Positions 1 to 9,932 of a stretch of 64,000 bases of DNA are shown one piece after another; within the stretch, counting starts at the first letter, position 1; every line of letters starts with the position of its first letter. The notes beneath the pieces were generated by a model. That model did not search any database, was not told where the DNA came from, and was given only the letters and a program-made list of their open reading frames with translations. The stretch comes from Candidatus Thorarchaeota archaeon (GTDB taxonomy: Archaea; Asgardarchaeota; Thorarchaeia; Thorarchaeales; Thorarchaeaceae). The DNA lies in assembly GCA_003345555.1 (NCBI GenBank), contig PRDJ01000042.1, forward strand, positions 12,282-76,281. The letters are read 5' to 3'. The position numbers were made by a program, and so were the translations under genes.

Positions 1-12
1 AGAGATGCTGTC

Positions 13-423
13 GTGTCAAGGCTTGACGAGGATATCCCACCTGTCATGCTTGAGATGATCGATGACATCGACGGTCTGAAGGCGCGAGTCGCCCATCTTG
101 AGAGAATCCAATCCACAAGCTATTACCTTGGCAAGCTCAGTGATGAAGTCAAGAGTAAGGTTTGTCGTGATGATCTTGATAGAAAGCTGCTGGCATATCT
201 TCTCCAGCACGAAGGAGCCACCACACCAGAACTTGCCCAGTCACTCTTGAGTAGCAATGGAAAGCGCCGGACGATTCTCGGTAGGATAGACAAGCTGAAT
301 CAGCGGGCTCGCACCATCCTTGGTGTACGCATACTGGAGCATGAGAGAGGGCTGGTGAAGGGGAAGCGCGGCGCCTGGTGGATAATCCATTCAGAAAAGC
401 TAGTCCAGGTCCGAGATGTATAG
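13..423 (+). CDS. hypothetical protein with C-terminal winged-helix-like region. The start codon is GTG and the frame may continue upstream of the window.
   Basis: ORF track 136 aa; coiled-coil N-terminus, then a helix-turn-helix-like KLLAYLLQHEGATTPELAQSL; no family recognised. Confidence 0.35.
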   Translation: MSRLDEDIPPVMLEMIDDIDGLKARVAHLERIQSTSYYLGKLSDEVKSKVCRDDLDRKLLAYLLQHEGATTPELAQSLLSSNGKRRTILGRIDKLNQRARTILGVRILEHERGLVKGKRGAWWIIHSEKLVQVRDV

Positions 424-500
424 TGTCAAAGAGGTGCTCGTCATTCGCAGGGGAGAGGAATAAAAGTCCTTAAGGAACAGAATCAATCCCGGTCCTCAAC

Positions 501-578
501 GGGCGCGTAGTCTAGCTTGGACAAGGCACCAGCCTCCGGAGTTGGATGTCGTCGGTTCGAATCCGACCGCGCCCGCCA
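501..578 (+). tRNA. tRNA-Arg (anticodon CCG), CCA encoded
   Basis: Cloverleaf read directly: acceptor GGGCGCG/CGCGCCC, D-stem GTCT/AGGC, anticodon stem CCAGC/GTTGG with loop CTCCGGA, T-arm GTCGG-TTCGAAT-CCGAC, discriminator G, CCA. Confidence 0.85.
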
Positions 579-663
579 TGTCTCCTTGTCGGCGAGTCAC
601 TGCTCTTTTCTCTCGGACTTTATATTGCATACAAAGGCTGACATTATCTTGAACTGAGAGGTA

Positions 664-879
664 TTGACTATGAGTGCAGTTCAAGAAACCCTCAATCCTG
701 ATGAAGTGCTGGTCAGGAGATTCACACGATATCTAAATGGGCCGATGGGCAAGGCAGTTCTGCAAGCTTTGAATGAGGGTGAAAGCTTCTTGCTGCAGAC
801 GTCTAATCATACATTCAAGGTGACCAAGAGCAGGGGTCGTGCAGTGGTAGACCTTCTCAGTTCACGCGAATTCTCATAG
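664..879 (+). CDS. small hypothetical protein between the two tRNA genes
   Basis: 71-aa ORF only; no recognisable motif. Confidence 0.2.
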   Translation: MTMSAVQETLNPDEVLVRRFTRYLNGPMGKAVLQALNEGESFLLQTSNHTFKVTKSRGRAVVDLLSSREFS

Positions 880-957
880 ATTGCAGGTAGTCATGCTAAA
901 CTCATCCACTATCTACTACGAAGAGTCTATAAGTCAGACTCATCCCGACTGTCTTTG

Positions 958-1065
958 GGGCGCGTAGTCTAGCTTGGACAAGGCACCAGCCTGCGGAGTT
1001 GGATGTCGTCGGTTCTCATGAGCCGAGTTGCAGCTCATGGCCGAGAAATCCGACCGCGCCCGCCA
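958..1065 (+). tRNA. tRNA-Arg (anticodon GCG) carrying a 30-nt non-canonical intron in the T-loop (about 1016..1045, position 56/57)
   Basis: Body identical to the tRNA at 501..578 except anticodon loop CTGCGGA. The T-loop TTC|AAAT is interrupted by tcatgagccgagttgcagctcatggccgag, which has an internal CATGAGC/GCTCATG helix (BHB-like). 3' end CCGACCGCGCCCGCCA. Confidence 0.8.
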
Positions 1066-1185
1066 TCTCGTCACCAATGGGACCATTGTCTTTTCGAGAA
1101 GCTTAAATGGAGCACAGCTAAAAGGTGAGAAAAGACCCCTGACAGGTCCTGTCCCATATGCGTCCGCCTTACTGACCCGCTTCTG

Positions 1186-2325
1186 GTGAAACATCCTATG
1201 CAGTCCACATCACAGAGAATCGAAAGGATTCATCGTACTATGCAGCGGGAAGGTGTCGACGCAATACTTGTAACGCGAAGAACTGATGTACACTACCTCA
1301 CTGGCTATGAAAGCGTCTCAGAGAGTCTTCCTGTAGGATCCGTGATTGTCGAAGGCCAGCTTCCATACCTGATCATGCCCGAACTTCAACGTGAAGCCAT
1401 GGGCCAAGATTCGACCATGGCAAAGTTGCGTTCTTTCGCTGACGCGCCCTCTGAACACTGGTATCCTAATCATGGGCCGGGCTTCTGGGATTGTATTGAC
1501 GATATTCTGCGTGAAGCAGGGGTTCACAGGGGGATGATCGGGCTACAGCACGACTGCCTCTCAATAAGAGAATTCGAATCCCTCAAGTCTGCTTTTCCTG
1601 ATGCTGGTTTCAAAGACTTCTCAAGGGCCCTATGGCGTCTCAGGCAGATTAAGGACGCGGCGGAGATTGATGCTATAAGACAAGCAGTGAAAATCGCAGA
1701 AATAGGTGTCAGGACTGCGCTTGAGACAGTAAAGGCAGGCAAGACAGAAGCTCAATGCTCGGTAGATATTGAGGCTGCGATGAGAGGCGCAGGCGGGGAG
1801 CTTAGAGGAATCAGGGCTGCTGTTTTGGCAGGCGGTCACGCACGCTTTCCGTTTGCACAGCCAACGACCGCTAGGGTTAGCAACAGTGAGCTAGTTTTGG
1901 TTGATGTCACCGTAAGCCATTCCGGATACTTGGCCGAGGTGGCTCGAACCGTGCATGCCGGAAGTCCGTCGACAGTTCAGCGGAAGCTATTCGGCTCAGT
2001 ATTGGCCACAAATGACGCTCTGCAAAGCGTGATGGCGCCGGAGACCAAGATATCCGAAGCGGCTACCCAAGCGCTCAAGATTGCTGGAAATGGGTCGCCC
2101 GTTCGCGGAGTCATACAGCCATTGGGCAGTTCAATAGGTCTTGACATAAGGGAGCCACCTTACATATACCAAGAGAGTAAGTCCACTTTCCGGGAGGGTA
2201 TGGTGTTCTCGGTTCACCCCACGATATACGAACCGGAAGCAGGGTGCGCGAAGATTGCAGACGTTCTCATGATCACCGGCGAAGGCTGCGAGAGCCTGAC
2301 TACGATTTCAAAGGAGACGCTTTAG
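1186..2325 (+). CDS. M24 family metallopeptidase (Xaa-Pro aminopeptidase/prolidase-like)
   Basis: 379 aa; creatinase-like N-terminus plus pita-bread region (VLVDVTVSHSGYLAEVARTVHAG ... FSVHPTIYEP ... ADVLMITGEGCESLT). Confidence 0.75.
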   Translation: MKHPMQSTSQRIERIHRTMQREGVDAILVTRRTDVHYLTGYESVSESLPVGSVIVEGQLPYLIMPELQREAMGQDSTMAKLRSFADAPSEHWYPNHGPGFWDCIDDILREAGVHRGMIGLQHDCLSIREFESLKSAFPDAGFKDFSRALWRLRQIKDAAEIDAIRQAVKIAEIGVRTALETVKAGKTEAQCSVDIEAAMRGAGGELRGIRAAVLAGGHARFPFAQPTTARVSNSELVLVDVTVSHSGYLAEVARTVHAGSPSTVQRKLFGSVLATNDALQSVMAPETKISEAATQALKIAGNGSPVRGVIQPLGSSIGLDIREPPYIYQESKSTFREGMVFSVHPTIYEPEAGCAKIADVLMITGEGCESLTTISKETL

Positions 2326-2326
2326 T

Positions 2327-2851
2327 TCAGGGTCCTACCTGCCACTTTCTGAGTTTCTGAAATACTTGAGCGATAGTCTCTGCTCTCGTTGTGTGCTTGC
2401 TTACTTCCTCCCTTGAAACCTCTCGTATCTGAGCGGCCGGGGCACCAGAGTTCATACTTCGCGGGGGAATTACCACGTGTGCTGGTACGATGCTTCCAGG
2501 AGCAAGCATGACTCCTTCTCCTAGAGTAGCTCCATCGAAGATAACGCAGCCATCTCCGATGTTTGTATTGTCCCCGATGTACACACCGTGGACTACTGAC
2601 GCAGTGCCGATGATGGTGAAGTTGCCGATTATGGTCGGATTGTCTTTCGTGTGAGCATGGATTACGACGCTGTCTTGAACACAAGTGCTCTCCCCTATTC
2701 TGACCGAAGCCTGATCACCACGGATGACAGCGCCAGGCCAGACGCTTGCCCGTGCTCCTATCTCCACATTTCCTACGATGGTAGCTTGATGGCTCACAAA
2801 AGCTGTTGAGTCGATTTTCGGGAGGCGATCTCCAGAAGGAAGGATGGGCAT
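2327..2851 (-). CDS. gamma-carbonic anhydrase / hexapeptide-repeat (LbH) family protein
   Basis: 174 aa with repeated [LIV]G-x4 hexapeptides (IVGNVEIGARASVWPGAVIRGD ... IIGNFTIIGTASVVHGVYIGDNTNIGDGCVI). Confidence 0.8.
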   Translation of the reverse strand: MPILPSGDRLPKIDSTAFVSHQATIVGNVEIGARASVWPGAVIRGDQASVRIGESTCVQDSVVIHAHTKDNPTIIGNFTIIGTASVVHGVYIGDNTNIGDGCVIFDGATLGEGVMLAPGSIVPAHVVIPPRSMNSGAPAAQIREVSREEVSKHTTRAETIAQVFQKLRKWQVGP

Positions 2852-2929
2852 AACCTCACCTCGTTTATTCTGCCCAAGTGAGGTTCAAGATTCTAATAAA
2901 CAAAGCTCAGGTTGTCAGACGGTTTAGTG

Positions 2930-3298
2930 TTATCCGAGGAGAGCGCGAATCACTTCTTCGTAGTGCCCAGCGGGCCGAAGTCCTATCAGCCTGTCCATCA
3001 TGATTGCTTTCTTGCCTTTCGGCCCCGGTGACTCGAACCGAGCAGGTTTGCCCTCGAAATAGACAAGCACGCAGGGTATCGCATTAATGCCATGTTTCAT
3101 GGCGAACTGGGGATAGTCTTGAGTGTTAATCTTGACGAATTTCACATCCGGGTTGTCCGCATACTTCTCGGCGAGTCCTTCAAGTATTGGCGCCAAGGCA
3201 ACGCACGGGCCGCACCAAGGTGCCCAAGAATCGACAAAGAGGAGTTTCGATTCCTGTATTTCATCCTCAAGGGTCTCCGGGTTTACTTCCTTAACCAC
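2930..3298 (-). CDS. trx: thioredoxin
   Basis: 122 aa with WCGPC active site and thioredoxin fold pattern. Confidence 0.85.
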   Translation of the reverse strand: MVKEVNPETLEDEIQESKLLFVDSWAPWCGPCVALAPILEGLAEKYADNPDVKFVKINTQDYPQFAMKHGINAIPCVLVYFEGKPARFESPGPKGKKAIMMDRLIGLRPAGHYEEVIRALLG

Positions 3299-3451
3299 CC
3301 TGCATCACTTAGTCCCAGTTTCGCCGGGTGGCACATTAAGAACGTTGCTGTCTAGGATAACCGACTGAGTGGTACTCGAAGACGATGAAGACCGTTGCCC
3401 TTTGTTGTCCGACGACATCGTCTTTCTCCCGAGGCGTGGCCAATGCAGGGC

Positions 3452-4054
3452 CTATATCCTCTCGGTCTTTACGGCTAGAGTTGCTCCACAATGAGGGCAT
3501 CGGACCGAGTCGGGTCCGACCCATTCCATCTCTTTCGGATTGATGCTCGCACCACACTTGTAGCATTTCTCAGGCGCCTTCCTGGTGACCATCACCTCCC
3601 GCTCTACAGCGACGCCTCCTTTGGTGGGTGCTGCCCTCATGAAAGTGTTACCCTGAATGGTGCCTGCCAAGTCTCCAGATGCTATCGCCGCGTATAGAAC
3701 ATCGTTAACGAGGGACGCAGGCCTGCTGCTCATTCGGCTCATCTCGTCTAAGGTCACTCTGTCATAGCCTCTGGCTATTCCGATGATCTTGACTCTCGAT
3801 ATCTCAAGCCGATACTTTCTCCAAGTGAAGAAAAGGACCGGAACGGAAGCGAGATACATGACGGCAACGACGACGTAGGCCTCCAATCCATAGTACCCAT
3901 GACCCGTGAGTGTGACATATATGAAATTACCCAACAGCAAGGTCGCAAAGGCAAGACCTGCCAAAGAAACTAGGATTAGTGGCAAGAACAGGCAGTAGAT
4001 TTTCGTACTGCTTGACATTTCCATCCTCCACCGAAATCGAATCAAACGTTGCAC
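3452..4054 (-). CDS. membrane protein with cytoplasmic winged-helix-like segment and C-terminal zinc ribbon
   Basis: Two N-terminal hydrophobic helices; C-terminal CYKCG...CPHCG. Confidence 0.45.
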   Translation of the reverse strand: MQRLIRFRWRMEMSSSTKIYCLFLPLILVSLAGLAFATLLLGNFIYVTLTGHGYYGLEAYVVVAVMYLASVPVLFFTWRKYRLEISRVKIIGIARGYDRVTLDEMSRMSSRPASLVNDVLYAAIASGDLAGTIQGNTFMRAAPTKGGVAVEREVMVTRKAPEKCYKCGASINPKEMEWVGPDSVRCPHCGATLAVKTERI

Positions 4055-4261
4055 ATATGATTAAACCATCTAATAACCATAGCGGGATGGTGCAAGCAAC
4101 GCCGCGACTTGGTCAGCATGAGCATTCATGTAGAATACTGCAGCTGAGCTGCCTGCCGGTCCAAACTCTATCCAATGATTCGCCAATCGAGTGAGACGGT
4201 GCAAGTCGCACTCTGACAGCACCCTTATGTAGTTCGCAGGGGAAGGGCTTACGGGAATGCG

Positions 4262-4753
4262 TTGGTGAGTGAGATTAGCAGAATTCCATTGAGATACATG
4301 TTCTGGGCTATTCTCTACTCATTCATAATCAATCTTCTTGACGAAACGATGATGAATGGTGGCTTCGTCGAAGGGGTGAAGACGCATTTCTGGGCAGATT
4401 TCTCTTCTGACAAGTTCTTCTTAATGAACGGTCTGTTCATTCTTTTCATCACGGTGAGCATTCTAATCTATGAAAGAAGAGGCGGCCGCTGGGTTGTGTT
4501 CCCGCTTTTCTGGTCGATGGAACGCACGTTCAATGGATTTTGGCATGTCTGGTGGACTCTTGCATTCCTCAGTTACTCTCCTGGTTTGGTGACCAGTGGC
4601 CTCTTCTGGATCATCACATACTTGCTGGTCAAGGAGAACTACAGACAGGGCGATTTCACAAGAAGACAACTACTGACAGCAACTGCGACTGCGTTGGTCT
4701 TTGAGTCACTATTCCTAGGACTGTTTCTGGTTGTTCCTCTGTTAGGAGCATAG
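4262..4753 (+). CDS. polytopic membrane protein, hypothetical
   Basis: 163 aa, four or five hydrophobic spans. Confidence 0.45.
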   Translation: MVSEISRIPLRYMFWAILYSFIINLLDETMMNGGFVEGVKTHFWADFSSDKFFLMNGLFILFITVSILIYERRGGRWVVFPLFWSMERTFNGFWHVWWTLAFLSYSPGLVTSGLFWIITYLLVKENYRQGDFTRRQLLTATATALVFESLFLGLFLVVPLLGA

Positions 4754-4782
4754 TGCACACGGCATAAAGAGTGAAGTGGATG

Positions 4783-5142
4783 CTACGCGTCTCCGCCCAA
4801 GAGACTCTCGACGAGTTCGGCATAGATTTCCTCCGGCATGACACCGACGAGTCTGTCCATTTTCTTACCGCTTCCATCATCGAATACTACACGCCTGCCT
4901 TCGCTGAACACGAAGACCGAAGGTACACCACTCACTCTGTTCTTCATACTGAATTCCCGGTTATTGTCAACGTCTATCTTTACGACCTTAAGCCCTCTAT
5001 CGCCATACTTCTCAACTAGTCCCTCAAGAATCGGGCTCAGGACTTTGCAGGGGTGACACCAAGTGGCAAAACAGTCCACAAACACCAGCTTGTTGTCGCT
5101 GACGACTTTTTCAAGCTGGTCAGACATGATTTCATCAACCAT
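4783..5142 (-). CDS. thioredoxin paralog (WCHPC active site)
   Basis: 119 aa; ATWCHPCKVLSPILE, same fold pattern as the thioredoxin at 2930..3298. Confidence 0.8.
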   Translation of the reverse strand: MVDEIMSDQLEKVVSDNKLVFVDCFATWCHPCKVLSPILEGLVEKYGDRGLKVVKIDVDNNREFSMKNRVSGVPSVFVFSEGRRVVFDDGSGKKMDRLVGVMPEEIYAELVESLLGGDA

Positions 5143-5306
5143 CGATTACTTTCTCCACTCATCGGTTGTGCACGATTACCGCACAACCCTTTTAATGTTT
5201 ACGATAGAACACCAAGAAGGTGTTCTGCTATCTGCTTTTCAGTTTTCATCGGCTGTGCACTGCCAAACTTTGATAAGCGCCAGACCGACGTGCTGTCAAG
5301 TCCTAG

Positions 5307-7967
5307 GTGATTGCCATGCCTGTGCTCCATTGCCCCACGTGTGGTTCCAAGCTTGACATCTACAAGGGCGGCCAGGTATGGACAGTTCGATGTCCTACAT
5401 GCAACACGCAGGTAGACGTCGGAGGCCGGAACAAGGATCTTCTTGATGCTTACGAAGCGTACATTCAAGCTGTTCAGAGCGGCACGGCCCGGACAAGCAC
5501 TGGCCCACGATTGGCCAAGACTGAGGTGCCCCTAAGCACTATCGTCGAGGAAGAGGGAATCGGCAAGAGGACAGTCCATCGCGGCGGCGAGAAGAAACAG
5601 TCCCGGGAAGAAGTTGCCAAGACTGTGGCAGCTGGTGGCTCAAGCATCGATGAATTGCCGCACGCCTTGAGACCTCTGATTGAGAGCGGTAGGGACTACT
5701 TGGTGACCTATCGCTACAATACCGCCACGGATGCTGAATATGGCTGCAGCATAGATGATCTGAAGATACCGTCGAGGCTGAAGTCATTACTCCTGAAGAG
5801 GGGCATATCTCGTCTGTACAAGTTTCAGGAACAGGCCCTTGAAGAGATTCAGGCGGGAAAGGACGTCGTGCTAGTAGCTCCCACAGGACAGGGCAAGACA
5901 GAGGCTTTTGTCCTGCCGATTATCAACAGACTTCTGGCGACCACACAAGACGCATTTGCCGAAAGGGGTATCAGAGCTCTCCTAGTATATCCCACCAAAG
6001 CGCTCGCAAGAGATCAGTATGACAAACTCGAACAGATGTGCTCAGCATCCAGTTTGAGACTTGGAGTCTTCGATGGCGACGTTCCGGCTAATCAGCGGGA
6101 GAAAATCTATGCGAACCCACCCGACATTCTGCTGACCAACCCAGACGTGCTACACTATCACCTAGGGTGGGACCGGTCACGTTTGGTACCTCTGCTGCGA
6201 TCGGTCAAACATGTTGTACTTGATGAGATTCATCTCTACACGGGGTCCATGGGCGCGAACGTCTACTACATTCTAAAACGTCTGGAGATGGAGTCGGGTA
6301 AGCTTCAGGTTGTGGGCGCCTCAGCAACGGTATCCAATCCGGTAGAGTTCGCTGAGCAACTCTTCGACAGACCTGTCCAACTTATTGAGTCGACATCTGC
6401 ACGCCGGGGTCCGTTTCACTTCTGCATGTACTTTCCAGCTGAACGCAGCAAATATAGCATGATAGTTGACTTGGTCCGGATGCTCCAGCGGGGCCAGTAC
6501 AAGACTTTGGTCTTTGGCAATACCCACTCCGAAGCTGAGTTGCTGAACCTCCTGCTCAGGAATGCCGGCGTGAAATCCGAGATTCATAGGGCAGGTTTGT
6601 CAAAGGCGCACAGGACTCAGGTAGAGAACGAGTTCAAGTCGGGGCAATTGCCAGTGCTTGTATCCACACCCACGCTTGAACTGGGCATAGACATCGGAGA
6701 CCTTGACAGCGTAGTGAGCATGATTGTTTCAATCACGAGACTGACTCAGAGAATCGGGAGAGCCGGACGCAAAGGGCAGGAAAGCGTCGCGATTCTTGCT
6801 CTTCGTGAGAATGATCCGATTTCAGCCTACTATCGGCTTAGACCTGACAAGTATTTCACTGACATAGACTCAGCCTACATGGAACCGGAGAACGAAGTCG
6901 TCGGACGATATCAGCTCATGGCCGCAGCCTTGAGTGGAAAGCTGGACGTATCTCAGTTTCCAAGGCAACGGAAGATAATCGACTCGTTGGTTGCAGAGGG
7001 CCTTCTCAAGGTGCTTGCTACCGGACAGGTCAGAGTGGCCGAAGCTAATAAAGTTCGCAAGGAATTGCGAGACTACAACGTTCGTGGGATAGGTGCGACA
7101 ATCGAAATCAAGAGCGGAATGAAAACACTCGGCGAACGTTCGATGCCTATGGCCGCTCAAGAGCTTCACCCAGGAGCAATCTACCTACATGGCGGCAAGA
7201 ACTACCAATGTGTCGATTTCAAGTACATTCCTCCCATCGGAAGAGCGACCGTAGCTCCTATGCAAGATCGTAGCTATTACACCCGTCCGTTGTACATGAC
7301 CATGCCTAGGATAGTCGAGTCGCACGAAGAACGACAGGTCTTGGGTCTCAAGGTCCTCTACTGCAGTCTAGAGATGACGCAGACTGTAACAGGCTTTGTC
7401 AAGAAGGAAACACTCTCCGGCAGAAACGTGAGCAAAGCAGAACTTCCTCAGCCGCTGGAGTACAAGTATCCGACCCGTGGCTTCGTGTTTTCAATGCCGG
7501 AACCTAAATCTGCAATCGACGATTATACTCATGGCAAGTTCGCCAGTCTGGGTGGTCCGAAGATGAGCCCAGTTGAGCTCTATGGAGGCACATTTCATGC
7601 AGTGGAGCATGTCATAATCGAGTCGAGTGACATGCTGACCGGCGGAGGGACCAGAGAGATAGGCGGCGTGTCGATGGGTGACTCCGGTATCATATTCGTC
7701 TACGATGGTAGTCCGGGCGGCAATGGAGCATCTAAGCTGCTCTTTGGTAGACTCGATGAAGCGTTTCAAAGGGCCGAGACCATGCTTGCAAAGTGTGACT
7801 GCAAGACTATCGACGGATGCCCACTCTGCACATATTCCTATCAATGCGGCAATAACAACCAACCGCTGTTCAAGCTCGGTGCTCTAGAGAGCATAAGAGC
7901 GGTCCTGAACAGAGCTGAGACAAAGGTCGATGTGGTCGGATACTCAACCTATGAGCCTGTCGTATAG
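5307..7967 (+). CDS. DExH-box helicase with N-terminal zinc ribbon and C-terminal DUF1998/MZB domain (MrfA/YprA-like)
   Basis: 886 aa. N-terminal CPTCG...CPTCN; motif I APTGQGKTEAF; motif II VLDEIHLY; SAT; motif VI QRIGRAGRKGQ. C-terminal four-Cys cluster CDCKTIDGCPLCTYSYQCGNNNQP typical of DUF1998. Confidence 0.85.
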   Translation: MIAMPVLHCPTCGSKLDIYKGGQVWTVRCPTCNTQVDVGGRNKDLLDAYEAYIQAVQSGTARTSTGPRLAKTEVPLSTIVEEEGIGKRTVHRGGEKKQSREEVAKTVAAGGSSIDELPHALRPLIESGRDYLVTYRYNTATDAEYGCSIDDLKIPSRLKSLLLKRGISRLYKFQEQALEEIQAGKDVVLVAPTGQGKTEAFVLPIINRLLATTQDAFAERGIRALLVYPTKALARDQYDKLEQMCSASSLRLGVFDGDVPANQREKIYANPPDILLTNPDVLHYHLGWDRSRLVPLLRSVKHVVLDEIHLYTGSMGANVYYILKRLEMESGKLQVVGASATVSNPVEFAEQLFDRPVQLIESTSARRGPFHFCMYFPAERSKYSMIVDLVRMLQRGQYKTLVFGNTHSEAELLNLLLRNAGVKSEIHRAGLSKAHRTQVENEFKSGQLPVLVSTPTLELGIDIGDLDSVVSMIVSITRLTQRIGRAGRKGQESVAILALRENDPISAYYRLRPDKYFTDIDSAYMEPENEVVGRYQLMAAALSGKLDVSQFPRQRKIIDSLVAEGLLKVLATGQVRVAEANKVRKELRDYNVRGIGATIEIKSGMKTLGERSMPMAAQELHPGAIYLHGGKNYQCVDFKYIPPIGRATVAPMQDRSYYTRPLYMTMPRIVESHEERQVLGLKVLYCSLEMTQTVTGFVKKETLSGRNVSKAELPQPLEYKYPTRGFVFSMPEPKSAIDDYTHGKFASLGGPKMSPVELYGGTFHAVEHVIIESSDMLTGGGTREIGGVSMGDSGIIFVYDGSPGGNGASKLLFGRLDEAFQRAETMLAKCDCKTIDGCPLCTYSYQCGNNNQPLFKLGALESIRAVLNRAETKVDVVGYSTYEPVV

Positions 7968-7979
7968 GAGCGTGAAGTT

Positions 7980-9923
7980 GTGACTGAGTTCCTTATCAAT
8001 CGTGGTCATGATGGTCCTGCTCGCTCTGGTACGCTCAGGCTGAAATCCTCAACTACATCCACACCCGCCTTGATCGGAGGAACTAGTTCTACTGATTCTA
8101 TTCTAGGGATCTGGACCTTAGGACGTGATTCTCGGCCATTGTCGGTCCCCTGCATTCTCGCCCTGCCTCCTCTCTCAGACTACACCGATTCGATGCTGGA
8201 ATTGATCCGAGATGATGATCCGATTCTCTTGCCATCGCTGCCATCCTCATCGACCTTGGGCCCGGACTTTGCAGCGGCTCTTCTCAATCGACAGCTGGTT
8301 CTTCTACAGAATTCAGGAGATATGATTGAACCGTCGAGAGTGATAGTTAGAATACCTCCTCAAGTAAAACATGAGCTTCTTGACTCCATAGTCCCTCGGT
8401 TCGACGAGCTAGGCGTTCGCGGTGCGGCGTTCGTATTCAACGGCGAGCTTGGTCCGAACGACCGAGACTCGCTAGCGCTTCGGTCAAGGCTTCCTCGCAA
8501 TTGGCTAACATTGGCGCTCGGAAGAATAGAGCCGTATGCCATTCCAGTATTCTACTATCTGGGTCTTGACTTGATTGATGCTGGTAGAGCATTGGGTGCG
8601 GCGGCTCAGGGAATCCGTCTGTGGCCCAGAGGATACGAGAGCATTCCACATTCCGAGGAGATACGCTATTGTTCTTGTCACGCATGTTCGTCGCAGACGA
8701 ATCTAGCAGATATTGACAGAGAAGCCCTTCAGACAGTTCTCGTGGCACACAACATGGGTCTCTGCAGGACGTTTCTCTCAGAGAGTGTGAACGCGGCACA
8801 TTTGGGGCAGCTGCGGTCTCTTGTCGAATCTATGACCCACTCAAGCCCGGCATCTGCAGCTTTCCTGAGAACCGTCGATAAGGAACTCTACACTTTTACC
8901 GAAGAGTTCACCAACACAACGGGGAGTGGTGCTCTGCCGCTCATTGGTCCGGAGTCGTACAATTCCCCTGTTGTGAGACGATTCCGTGAATATGTCGCAT
9001 CAAGATATGTGCCACCTAGTTACAAGAAGCTCATACTAATCCTGCCATGTTCTGCCCGCAAGCCGTATTCAGACTCAAAGTCACACAAGCTGTTCCGGGA
9101 GGTCACCGATGCAGGCTTGGGAGCATCGAGATTCGCAGTCGCGGAAACCATACTGACATCGCCACTAGGGGTTATTCCCAGAGAGCTTGAACGAAGTTAC
9201 CCGGCATCCTTCTACGATCTTCCTGTGACCGGTGATTGGGACGCAGAGGAAACCGCGATTGCTGCTGACGCACTTTCTGTGCACCTGGCAAAATTCGACA
9301 AATCGGCTGTGGTTATTGCACACGTTTCGGGAGGGTATGAAGATGCTGTCAAGGCTGCTGAATCCAGAATTCAGCAGAGCATAATTTACACCACGAGTGG
9401 TCAACCAGCTACCAGCAGGGAGTCGCTAGAATCTCTGGGGGAGACTCTCAAAGAACTGGTGGATGTTCTCTCCCTGAAGTCCGGCCGTAGCCTTGAGAAC
9501 AAGGAGATACTTCGGGCAACTGCTGACTTCCAGTTCGGATCCGGTTCGGGCGAAGTTCTGATTCCCGAGAATGCATCGGTATGGGGCAAGCCTTATGGTA
9601 TGATTGTTAGTCGGATTGAGAAAGAGCAGACCTGCGCCTATGTGGCTGCTTCGGGTGCTCTCTCTCTTACGCTTGTGGGCGGGCGGCTAGTAGCTCCTCT
9701 TGAACGATACTGGGTACGATTCGATGGGCGCCGGATAAAGGGGGGTTCGGTCTTTGCTGTTGGCGTCCTTGACGCAGACCCGAAGATACGACCGGGCGAC
9801 GAGGTTATTGTGATTGGGACTGATGATGAGGTCATAGGAGTAGGCCGCAGTGAAATGTCTGGCATTGAGATGTGTGAGTTCGAGAAGGGCTGCGCAGTGT
9901 CCGTGCGGCACAAGGTGGATTGA
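7980..9923 (+). CDS. archaeosine synthase (ArcS)-like protein: TGT-fold domain, DUF5591-like middle region, C-terminal PUA domain
   Basis: 647 aa. TGT zinc motif CSCHAC...H (CxCxxC-H); PCSARKPY segment; C-terminal PUA-like YWVRFDGRRIKGGSVFAVGVLDADPKIRPGDEVIVI. Starts 12 nt after the helicase stop. Confidence 0.55.
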   Translation: MTEFLINRGHDGPARSGTLRLKSSTTSTPALIGGTSSTDSILGIWTLGRDSRPLSVPCILALPPLSDYTDSMLELIRDDDPILLPSLPSSSTLGPDFAAALLNRQLVLLQNSGDMIEPSRVIVRIPPQVKHELLDSIVPRFDELGVRGAAFVFNGELGPNDRDSLALRSRLPRNWLTLALGRIEPYAIPVFYYLGLDLIDAGRALGAAAQGIRLWPRGYESIPHSEEIRYCSCHACSSQTNLADIDREALQTVLVAHNMGLCRTFLSESVNAAHLGQLRSLVESMTHSSPASAAFLRTVDKELYTFTEEFTNTTGSGALPLIGPESYNSPVVRRFREYVASRYVPPSYKKLILILPCSARKPYSDSKSHKLFREVTDAGLGASRFAVAETILTSPLGVIPRELERSYPASFYDLPVTGDWDAEETAIAADALSVHLAKFDKSAVVIAHVSGGYEDAVKAAESRIQQSIIYTTSGQPATSRESLESLGETLKELVDVLSLKSGRSLENKEILRATADFQFGSGSGEVLIPENASVWGKPYGMIVSRIEKEQTCAYVAASGALSLTLVGGRLVAPLERYWVRFDGRRIKGGSVFAVGVLDADPKIRPGDEVIVIGTDDEVIGVGRSEMSGIEMCEFEKGCAVSVRHKVD

Positions 9924-9932
9924 GAGTAAGCC

